From Auanema rhodensis (Eukaryota > Animalia > Nematoda): DNA of 64,000 nucleotides. Of the stretch, positions 52,171 to 64,000 are shown one piece after another. Under the pieces are notes generated by a model. That model worked only from the letters and a program-made list of their open reading frames with translations, was not told where the DNA came from and searched no databases. The number at the start of each line of letters is the position of its first letter. Position 1 is the first letter of the stretch. The stretch lies in contig OZ059895.1 in the NCBI GenBank assembly GCA_964057225.1, positions 20,584,001 to 20,648,000 of the forward strand, given 5' to 3'. Position numbers and translations under genes: made by a program.

Positions 52171-55100
52171 ACCATCATAACTAATTTTTGTATTGAGCGT
52201 TTCTCAATGTAGAATAGTGCATTCGATGCGGATTTTTAAGCTGCGTCGGTCTGTGTTATCAGATTTGCGCTAGCTTAAAAATGCACCGAGATATCAACTG
52301 ATATATGTTCACACTTACATCCTCGATTTTCACCCTGAAGAATTAATTTTTTCGTTGAATAACATTGTCCATCGTCTTTGCCTTGAAAGAAAGAATCTGA
52401 AAACATCTACTTTTTGCTAAATTATTTTGAAATTTTTCGAAAAAATTTTTGTCAAAATGTTTTTGGAAGCAATGTTGAGTGTACATGGAAACTCAACATA
52501 CACTAATGCATCATTTTTCAAACGATCATAACTAATTTTTGTATTGAGCGTTTCTCAATGTAGTATAGTGCATTCGATGCGGATTTTTAAGCTGCGTCGA
52601 TCTGTGTTATCAGATTTGCGCTAGCTTAAAAATGCACCGAGATATCAACTGATATAAGTTCACACTTATATCCTCGATTTTCACCCTGAAGAATTAATTT
52701 TTTCGTTGAATAACATTGTCCATCGTCTTTGCCTTGAAAAAAGAAATCTAAAAACATCTACTTTTTGCTAAATTATTTTGAAATTTTTCGAAAAAATTTT
52801 TGTCAAAATGTTTTTGGAAGCAATGTTGAGTGTACATGGAAACTCAACATACACTAATGCATCATTTTTCAAACGATCATAACTAATTTTTGTATTAAGC
52901 GTTTCTCAATGTAGTATAGTGCATTCGATGCGGATTTTTAAGCTGCGTCGATCTGTTTTATCAGATTTGCGCTAGCTTAAAAATGCACCGAGATATCAAC
53001 TGATATAAGTTCACACTTATATCCTCGATTTTCACCCTGAAGAATTAATTTTTTCGTTGAATAACAATGTCCATCGTCTTCGCCTTGAAAAAAGGAATCT
53101 AAAAACATCTACTTTTTACTAAATTATTTTGAAATTTTTCGAAAAAATTTTTGTCAAAATGTTTTTGGAAGCAATGTTGAGTGTACATGGAAACTCAACA
53201 TACACTAATGCATCATTTTTCAAACGATCATAACTAATTTTTGTATTGAGCGTTTTTCAATGTAGAATAGTGCATTCGATGCGGATTTTTAAGCTGCGTC
53301 GGTCTGTGTTATCAGATTTGCGCTAGCTTAAAAATGCACCGAGATATAAACTGATATAAGTTCACACTTATATCCTCGATTTTCACCCTGAAGAATTAAT
53401 TTTTTCGTTGAATAACATTGTCCATCGTCTTTGCCTTGAAAAAAGAAATCTAAAAACATCTACTTTTTGCTAAATTATTTTGAAATTTTTCGAAAAAATT
53501 TTTGTCAAAATGTTTTTGGAAGCAATGTTGAGTGTACATGGAAACTCAACATACACTAATGCATCATTTTTCAAACGATCATAACTAATTTTTGTATTAA
53601 GCGTTTCTCAATGTAGTATAGTGCATTCGATGCGGATTTTTAAGCTGCGTCGATCTGTTTTATCAGATTTGCGCTAGCTTAAAAATGCACCGAGATATCA
53701 ACTGATATAAGTTCACACTTATATCCTCGATTTTCACCCTGAAGAATTAATTTTTTCGTTGAATAACAATGTCCATCGTCTTCGCCTTGAAAAAAGGAAT
53801 CTAAAAACATCTACTTTTTACTAAATTATTTTGAAATTTTTCGAAAAAATTTTTGTCAAAATGTTTTTGGAAGCAATGTTGAGTGTACATGGAAACTCAA
53901 CATACACTAATGCATCATTTTTCAAACGATCATAACTAATTTTTGTATTGAGCGTTTTTCAATGTAGAATAGTGCATTCGATGCGGATTTTTAAGCTGCG
54001 TCGGTCTGTGTTATCAGATTTGCGCTAGCTTAAAAATGCACCGAGATATCAACTGATATATGTTCACACTTACATCCTCGATTTTCACCCTGAAGAATTA
54101 ATTTTTTCGTTGAATAACATTGTCCATCGTCTTTGCCTTGAAAGAAAGAATCTGAAAACATCTACTTTTTGCTAAATTATTTTGAAATTTTTCGAAAAAA
54201 TTTTTGTCAAAATGTTTTTGGAAGCAATGTTGAGTGTACATGGAAACTCAACATACACTAATGCATCATTTTTCAAACGATCATAACTAATTTTTGTATT
54301 AAGCGTTTCTCAATGTAGTATAGTGCATTCGATGCGGATTTTTAAGCTGCGTCGATCTGTGTTATCAGATTTGCGCTAGCTTAAAAATGCACCGAGATAT
54401 CAACTGATATAAGTTAACACTTATATCCTCGATTTTCACCCTGAAGAATTAATTTTTTCGTTGAATAACATTGTCCATCGTCTTTGCCTTGAAAAAAGAA
54501 ATCTAAAAACATCTACTTTTTGCTAAATTATTTTGAAATTTTTCGAAAAAATTTTTGTCAAAATGTTTTTGGAAGCAATGTTGAGTGTACATGGAAACTC
54601 AACATACACTAATGCATCATTTTTCAAACGATCATAACTAATTTTTGTATTAAGCGTTTCTCAATGTAGTATAGTGCATTCGATGCGGATTTTTAAGCTG
54701 CGTCGATCTGTTTTATCAGATTTGCGCTAGCTTAAAAATGCACCGAGATATCAACTGATATAAGTTCACACTTATATCCTCGATTTTCACCCTGAAGAAT
54801 TAATTTTTTCGTTGAATAACAATGTCCATCGTCTTCGCCTTGAAAAAAGGAATCTAAAAACATCTACTTTTTACTAAATTATTTTGAAATTTTTCGAAAA
54901 AATTTTTGTCAAAATGTTTTTGGAAGCAATGTTGAGTGTACATGGAAACTCAACATACACTAATGCATCATTTTTCAAACGATCATAACTAATTTTTGTA
55001 TTGAGCGTTTTTCAATGTAGAATAGTGCATTCGATGCGGATTTTTAAGCTGCGTCGGTCTGTGTTATCAGATTTGCGCTAGCTTAAAAATGCACCGAGAT

Positions 55101-58100
55101 ATAAACTGATATAAGTTCACACTTATATCCTCGATTTTCACCCTGAAGAATTAATTTTTTCGTTGAATAACATTGTCCATCGTCTTTGCCTTGAAAAAAG
55201 AAATCTAAAAACATCTACTTTTTGCTAAATTATTTTGAAATTTTTCGAAAAAATTTTTGTCAAAATGTTTTTGGAAGCAATGTTGAGTGTACATGGAAAC
55301 TCAACATACACTAATGCATCATTTTTCAAACGATCATAACTAATTTTTGTATTAAGCGTTTCTCAATGTAGTATAGTGCATTCGATGCGGATTTTTAAGC
55401 TGCGTCGATCTGTTTTATCAGATTTGCGCTAGCTTAAAAATGCACCGAGATATCAACTGATATAAGTTCACACTTATATCCTCGATTTTCACCCTGAAGA
55501 ATTAATTTTTTCGTTGAATAACAATGTCCATCGTCTTCGCCTTGAAAAAAGGAATCTAAAAACATCTACTTTTTACTAAATTATTTTGAAATTTTTCGAA
55601 AAAATTTTTGTCAAAATGTTTTTGGAAGCAATGTTGAGTGTACATGGAAACTCAACATACACTAATGCATCATTTTTCAAACGATCATAACTAATTTTTG
55701 TATTGAGCGTTTTTCAATGTAGAATAGTGCATTCGATGCGGATTTTTAAGCTGCGTCGGTCTGTGTTATCAGATTTGCGCTAGCTTAAAAATGCACCGAG
55801 ATATCAACTGATATATGTTCACACTTACATCCTCGATTTTCACCCTGAAGAATTAATTTTTTCGTTGAATAACATTGTCCATCGTCTTTGCCTTGAAAGA
55901 AAGAATCTGAAAACATCTACTTTTTGCTAAATTATTTTGAAATTTTCCGAAAAAATTTTTGTCAAAATGTTTTTGGAAGCAATGTTGAGTGTACATGGAA
56001 ACTCAACATACACTAATGCATCATTTTTCAAACGATCATAACTAATTTTTGTATTGAGCGTTTCTCAATGTAGTATAGTGCATTCGATGCGGATTTTTAA
56101 GCTGCGTCGATCTGTGTTATCAGATTTGCGCTAGCTTAAAAATGCACCGAGATATCAACTGATATAAGTTCACACTTATATCCTCGATTTTCACCCTGAA
56201 GAATTAATTTTTTCGTTGAATAACATTGTCCATCGTCTTTGCCTTGAAAAAAGGAATCTGAAAACATCTACTTTTTGCTAAATTATTTTGAAATTTTTCG
56301 AAAAAATTTTTGTCAAAATGTTTTTGGAAGCAATGTTGAGTGTACATGGAAACTCAACATACACTAATGCATCATTTTTCAAACGATCATAACTAATTTT
56401 TGTATTAAGCGTTTCTCAATGTAGTATAGTGCATTCGATGCGGATTTTTAAGCTGCATCGATCTGTGTTATCAGATTTGCGCTAGCTTAAAAATGCACCG
56501 AGATATCAACTGATATAAGTTCACACTTATATCCTCGATTTTCACCCTGAAGAATTAATTTTTTCGTTGAATAACAATGTCCATCGTCTTTGCCTTAAAA
56601 AAGGTATCTAAAAACATCTACTTTTTGCTAAATTATTTTGAAATTTTTCGAAAAAATTTTTGTCAAAATGTTTTTGGAAGCAATGTTGAGTGTACATGGA
56701 AACTCAACATACACTAATGCATCATTTTTCAAACGATCATAACTAATTTTTGTATTGAGCGTTTTTCAATGTAGAATAGTGCATTCGATGCGGATTTTTA
56801 AGCTGCGTCGGTCTGTGTTATCAGATTTGCGCTAGCTTAAAAATGCACCGAGATATCAACTGATATAAGTTCACACTTATATCCTCGATTTTCACCCTGA
56901 AGAATTAATTTTTTCGTTGAATAACAATGTCCATCGTCTTTGCCTTAAAAAAGGTATCTAAAAACATCTACTTTTTGCTAAATTATTTTGAAATTTTCCG
57001 AAAAAATTTTTGTCAAAATGTTTTTGGAAGCAATGTTGAGTGTACATGGAAACTCAACATACACTAATGCATCATTTTTCAAACGATCATAACTAATTTT
57101 TGTATTGAGCGTTTCTCAATGTAGTATAGTGCATTCGATGCGGATTTTTAAGCTGCGTCGATCTGTGTTATCAGATTTGCGCTAGCTTAAAAATGCACCG
57201 AGATATCAACTGATATAAGTTCACACTTATATCCTCGATTTTCACCCTGAAGAATTAATTTTTTCGTTGAATAACATTGTCCATCGTCTTTGCCTTGAAA
57301 AAAAAAATCTGAAAACATCTACTTTTTGCTAAATTATTTTGAAATTTTTCGAAAAAATTTTTGTCAAAATGTTTTTGGAAGCAATGTTGAGTGTACATGG
57401 AAACTCAACATACACTAATGCATCATTTTTCAAACGATCATAACTAATTTTTGTATTAAGCGTTTCTCAATGTAGTATAGTGCATTCGATGCGAATTTTT
57501 AAGCTGCGTCGATCTGTGTTATCAGATTTGCGCTAGCTTAAAAATGCACCGAGATATCAACTGATATAAGTTCACACTTATATCCTCGATTTTCACCCTG
57601 AAGAATTAATTTTTTCGTTGAATAACATTGTCCATCGTCTTTGCCTTGAAAAAAGGAATCTGAAAACATCTACTTTTTGCTAAATTATTTTGAAATTTTT
57701 CGAAAAAATTTTTGTCAAAATGTTTTTGGAAGCAATGTTGAGTGTACATGGAAACTCAACATACACTAATGCATCATTTTTCAAACGATCATAACTAATT
57801 TTTGTATTAAGCGTTTCTCAATGTAGTATAGTGCATTCGATGCGGATTTTTAAGCTGCATCGATCTGTGTTATCAGATTTGCGCTAGCTAAAAAATGCAC
57901 CGAGATATCAACTGATATAAGTTCACACTTATATCCTCGATTTTCACCCTGAAGAATTAATTTTTTCGTTGAATAACAATGTCCATCGTCTTTGCCTTAA
58001 AAAAGGTATCTAAAAACATCTACTTTTTGCTAAATTATTTTGAAATTTTTCGAAAAAATTTTTGTCAAAATGTTTTTGGAAGCAATGTTGAGTGTACATG

Positions 58101-61100
58101 GAAACTCAACATACACTAATGCATCATTTTTCAAACGATCATAACTAATTTTTGTATTGAGCGTTTCTCAATGTCGAATAGTGCATTCGATGCGGATATT
58201 TAAGCTGCATCGATCTGTGTTATCAGATTTGCGCTAGCTTAAAAATGCACCGAGATATCAACTGATATAAGTTCACACTTATATCCTCGATTTTCACCCT
58301 GAAGAATTAATTTTTTCGTTGAATAACAATGTCCATCGTCTTCGCCTTGAAAAAAGGAATCTAAAAACATCTACTTTTTGCTAAATTATTTTGAAATTTT
58401 TCGAAAAAATTTTTGTCAAAATGTTTTTGGAAGCAATGTTGAGTGTACATGGAAACTCAACATACACTAATGCATCATTTTTCAAACGATCATAACTAAT
58501 TTTTGTATTAAGCGTTTCTCAATGTAGTATAGTGCATTCGATGCGGATTTTTAAGCTGCATCGATCTGTGTTATCAGATTTGCGCTAGCTAAAAAATGCA
58601 CCGAGATATCAACTGATATAAGTTCACACTTATATCCTCGATTTTCACCCTGAAGAATTAATTTTTTCGTTGAATAACAATGTCCATCGTCTTTGCCTTA
58701 AAAAAGGTATTTAAAAACATCTACTTTTTGCTAAATTATTTTGAAATTTTTCGAAAAAATTTTTGTCAAAATGTTTTTGGAAGCAATGTTGAGTGTACAT
58801 GGAAACTCAACATACACTAATGCATCATTTTTCAAACGATCATAACTAATTTTTGTATTGAGCGTTTCTCAATGTAGAATAGTGCATTCGATGCGGATTT
58901 TTAAGCTGCGTCGGTCTGTGTTATCAGATTTGCGCTAGCTTAAAAATGCACCGAGATATCAACTGATATATGTTCACACTTACATCCTCGATTTTCACCC
59001 TGAAGAATTAATTTTTTCGTTGAATAACATTGTCCATCGTCTTTGCCTTGAAAGAAAGAATCTGAAAACATCTACTTTTTGCTAAATTATTTTGAAATTT
59101 TTCGAAAAAATTTTTGTCAAAATGTTTTTGGAAGCAATGTTGAGTGTACATGGAAACTCAACATACACTAATGCATCATTTTTCAAACGATCATAACTAA
59201 TTTTTGTATTAAGCGTTTCTCAATGTAGTATAGTGCATTCGATGCGGATTTTTAAGCTGCATCGATCTGTGTTATCAGATTTGCGCTAGCTAAAAAATGC
59301 ACCGAGATATCAACTGATATAAGTTCACACTTATATCCTCGATTTTCACCCTGAAGAATTAATTTTTTCGTTGAATAACAATGTCCATCGTCTTCGCCTT
59401 GAAAAAAGGAATCTAAAAACATCTACTTTTTGCTAAATTATTTTGAAATTTTTCGAAAAAATTTTTGTCAAAATGTTTTTGGAAGCAATGTTGAGTGTAC
59501 ATGGAAACTCAACATACACTAATGCATCATTTTTCAAACGATCATAACTAATTTTTGTATTAAGCGTTTCTCAATGTAGTATAGTGCATTCGATGCGGAT
59601 TTTTAAGCTGCATCGATCTGTGTTATCAGATTTGCGCTAGCTAAAAAATGCACCGAGATATCAACTGATATAAGTTCACACTTATATCCTCGATTTTCAC
59701 CCTGAAGAATTAATTTTTTCGTTGAATAACAATGTCCATCGTCTTTGCCTTAAAAAAGGTATTTAAAAACATCTACTTTTTGCTAAATTATTTTGAAATT
59801 TTTCGAAAAAATTTTTGTCAAAATGTTTTTGGAAGCAATGTTGAGTGTACATGGAAACTCAACATACACTAATGCATCATTTTTCAAACGATCATAACTA
59901 ATTTTTGTATTGAGCGTTTCTCAATGTAGAATAGTGCATTCGATGCGGATTTTTAAGCTGCGTCGGTCTGTGTTATCAGATTTGCGCTAGCTTAAAAATG
60001 CACCGAGATATCAACTGATATATGTTCACACTTACATCCTCGATTTTCACCCTGAAGAATTAATTTTTTCGTTGAATAACATTGTCCATCGTCTTTGCCT
60101 TGAAAGAAAGAATCTGAAAACATCTACTTTTTGCTAAATTATTTTGAAATTTTTCGAAAAAATTTTTGTCAAAATGTTTTTGGAAGCAATGTTGAGTGTA
60201 CATGGAAACTCAACATACACTAATGCATCATTTTTCAAACGATCATAACTAATTTTTGTATTGAGCGTTTCTCAATGTAGTATAGTGCATTCGATGCGGA
60301 TTTTTAAGCTGCGTCGATCTGTGTTATCAGATTTGCGCTAGCTTAAAAATGCACCGAGATATCAACTGATATAAGTTCACACTTATATCCTCGATTTTCA
60401 CCCTGAAGAATTAATTTTTTCGTTGAATAACATTGTCCATCGTCTTTGCCTTGAAAAAAGAAATCTAAAAACATCTACTTTTTGCTAAATTATTTTGAAA
60501 TTTTTCGAAAAAATTTTTGTCAAAATGTTTTTGGAAGCAATGTTGAGTGTACATGGAAACTCAACATACACTAATGCATCATTTTTCAAACGATCATAAC
60601 TAATTTTTGTATTAAGCGTTTCTCAATGTAGTATAGTGCATTCGATGCGGATTTTTAAGCTGCGTCGATCTGTTTTATCAGATTTGCGCTAGCTTAAAAA
60701 TGCACCGAGATATCAACTGATATAAGTTCACACTTATATCCTCGATTTTCACCCTGAAGAATTAATTTTTTCGTTGAATAACAATGTCCATCGTCTTCGC
60801 CTTGAAAAAAGGAATCTAAAAACATCTACTTTTTACTAAATTATTTTGAAATTTTTCGAAAAAATTTTTGTCAAAATGTTTTTGGAAGCAATGTTGAGTG
60901 TACATGGAAACTCAACATACACTAATGCATCATTTTTCAAACGATCATAACTAATTTTTGTATTGAGCGTTTTTCAATGTAGAATAGTGCATTCGATGCG
61001 GATTTTTAAGCTGCGTCGATCTGTGTTATCAGATTTGCGCTAGCTTAAAAATGCACCGAGATATCAACTGATATAAGTTCACACTTACATCCTCGATTTT

Positions 61101-64000
61101 CACCCTGAAGAATTAATTTTTTCGTTGAATAACATTGTCCATCGTCTTTGCCTTGAAAAAAGAAATCTAAAAACATCTACTTTTTGCTAAATTATTTTGA
61201 AATTTTTCGAAAAAATTTTTGTCAAAATGTTTTTGGAAGCAATGTTGAGTGTACATGGAAACTCAACATACACTAATGCATCATTTTTCAAACGATCATA
61301 ACTAATTTTTGTATTAAGCGTTTCTCAATGTAGTATAGTGCATTCGATGCGGATTTTTAAGCTGCGTCGATCTGTTTTATCAGATTTGCGCTAGCTTAAA
61401 AATGCACCGAGATATCAACTGATATAAGTTCACACTTATATCCTCGATTTTCACCCTGAAGAATTAATTTTTTCGTTGAATAACAATGTCCATCGTCTTC
61501 GCCTTGAAAAAAGGAATCTAAAAACATCTACTTTTTACTAAATTATTTTGAAATTTTTCGAAAAAATTTTTGTCAAAATGTTTTCGGAAGCAATGTTGAG
61601 TGTACATGGAAACTCAACATACACTAATGCATCATTTTTCAAACGATCATAACTAATTTTTGTATTGAGCGTTTTTCAATGTAGAATAGTGCATTCGATG
61701 CGGATTTTTAAGCTGCGTCGGTCTGTGTTATCAGATTTGCGCTAGCTTAAAAATGCACCGAGATATCAACTGATATATGTTCACACTTACATCCTCGATT
61801 TTCACCCTGAAGAATTAATTTTTTCGTTGAATAACATTGTCCATCGTCTTTGCCTTGAAAGAAAGAATCTGAAAACATCTACTTTTTGCTAAATTATTTT
61901 GAAATTTTTCGAAAAAATTTTTGTCAAAATGTTTTTGGAAGCAATGTTGAGTGTACATGGAAACTCAACATACACTAATGCATCATTTTTCAAACGATCA
62001 TAACTAATTTTTGTATTGAGCGTTTCTCAATGTAGTATAGTGCATTCGATGCGGATTTTTAAGCTGCGTCGATCTGTGTTATCAGATTTGCGCTAGCTTA
62101 AAAATGCACCGAGATATCAACTGATATAAGTTCACACTTATATCCTCGATTTTCACCCTGAAGAATTAATTTTTTCGTTGAATAACAATGTCCATCGTCT
62201 TTGCCTTGAAAAAAGGAATCTAAAAACATCTACTTTTTGCTAAATTATTTTGAAATTTTTCGAAAAAATTTTTGTCAAAATGTTTTTGGAAGCAATGTTG
62301 AGTGTACATGGAAACTCAACATACACTAACGCATCATTTTTCAAACGATCATAACTAATTTTTGTATTAAGCGTTTCTCAATGTAGTATAGTGCATTCGA
62401 TGCGGATTTTTAAGCTGCGTCGATCTGTGTTATCAGATTTGCGCTAGCTTAAAAATGCACCGAGATATCAACTGATATAAGTTCACACTTATATCCTCGA
62501 TTTTCACCCTGAAGAATTAATTTTTTCGTTGAATAACAATGTCCATCGTCTTTGCCTTGAAAAAAGGAATCTAAAAACATCTACTTTTTGCTAAATTATT
62601 TTGAAATTTTTCGAAAAAATTTTTGTCAAAATGTTTTTGGAAGCAATGTTGAGTGTACATGGAAACTCAACATACACTAACGCATCATTTTTCAAACGAT
62701 CATAACTAATTTTTGTATTAAGCGTTTCTCAATGTAGTACAGTGCATTCGATGCGGATATTTAAGCTGCATCGATCTGTGTTATCAGATTTGCGCTAGCT
62801 TAAAAATGCACCGAGATATCAACTGATATAAGTTCACACTTATATCCTCGATTTTCACCCTGAAGAATTAATTTTTTCGTTGAATAACAATGTCCATCGT
62901 CTTTGCCTTAAAAAAAGGTATCTAAAAACATCTACTTTTTGCTAAATTATTTTGAAATTTTTCGAAAAAATTTTTGTCAAAATGTTTTTGGAAGCAATGT
63001 TGAGTGTACATGGAAACTCAACATACACTAATGCATCATTTTTCAAACGATCATAACTAATTTTTGTATTGAGCGTTTCTCAATGTAGTATAGTGCATTC
63101 GATGCGGATTTTTAAGCTGCGTCGATCTGTGTTATCAGATTTGCGCTAGCTTAAAAATGCACCGAGATATCAACTGATATAAGTTCACACTTATATCCTC
63201 GATTTTCACCCTGAAGAATTAATTTTTTCGTTGAATAACATTGTCCATCGTCTTTGCCTTGAAAAAAGAAATCTAAAAACATCTACTTTTTGCTAAATTA
63301 TTTTGAAATTTTTCGAAAAAATTTTTGTCAAAATGTTTTTGGAAGCAATGTTGAGTGTACATGGAAACTCAACATACACTAATGCATCATTTTTCAAACC
63401 ATCATAACTAATTTTTGTATTGAGCGTTTTCCATTGTAGTATAGTGCATTCGATGCGGATTTTTGAGCTGCGTCGATCTGTGTTATCAGATTTGCGCTAG
63501 CTTAAAAATGCACCGAGATATCAACTGATATAAGTTCACACTTATATCCTCGATTTTCACCCTGAAGAATTAATTTTTTCGTTGAATAACAATGTCCATC
63601 GTCTTTGCCTTGAAAAAAGGAATCTAAAAACATCTACTTTTTGCTAAATTATTTTGAAATTTTTCGAAAAAATTTTTGTCAAAATGTTTTTGGAAGCAAT
63701 GTTGAGTGTACATGGAAACTCAACATACACTAACGCATCATTTTTCAAACGATCATAACTAATTTTTGTATTAAGCGTTTCTCAATGTAGTACAGTGCAT
63801 TCGATGCGGATTTTTAAGCTGCGTCGATCTGTGTTATCAGATTTGCGCTAGCTTAAAAATGCACCGAGATATCAATTGATATAAGTTCACACTTATATCC
63901 TCGATTTTCACCCTGAAGAATTAATTTTTTCGTTGAATAACAATGTCCATCGTCTTTGCCTTGAAAAAAGGAATCTAAAAACATCTACTTTTTGCTAAAT

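Larger units (their letters stand above)
17383..64000 (+). repeat. 351-bp satellite array (~133 head-to-tail monomers, single orientation, runs off window end)
   Basis: ATACACTAATGCATC recurs at 17383, 17734 and 18085 (period 351). A few units are 350 bp, two are 361 bp and two are 175 bp. Confidence 0.98.

Noticed and set aside
1-64000. CRISPR array or other repeat-spacer system
   Set aside because: Units repeat over their full length with no unique spacers, and no cas or other genes are present.
17383-64000. Tandem 5S rRNA, tRNA, snRNA or spliced-leader RNA gene array
   Set aside because: I found no recognisable 5S, tRNA cloverleaf, A/B box or SL sequence by eye. An Infernal/Rfam scan of the consensus would be the decisive test.

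Overview
The whole window is AT-rich (~32% GC by hand count of the consensus units) eukaryotic tandem satellite DNA, typical of centromeric or pericentromeric heterochromatin. I can support no gene, RNA gene, transposon or CRISPR array. Two families abut directly: a 176-bp satellite (1-17374, ~98 monomers) and a 351-bp satellite (17383-64000, ~133 monomers). The 176-bp array contains a ~9.8-kb block in inverted orientation (2526-12294). All three major junctions carry short filler or templated insertions that resemble alternative end-joining scars. Both arrays show local multi-monomer duplications (higher-order repeats, HORs), and both monomers are rich in dyad symmetry. The 351-bp unit behaves like a 175+176 dimer: a deletion of exactly 176 bp leaves a 175-bp half-monomer, present twice. 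The 351-bp array also changes haplotype abruptly at ~43.4 kb. I cannot name the species or satellite family from sequence alone. The interesting biology here is repeat architecture and evolution, not a protein-coding system.
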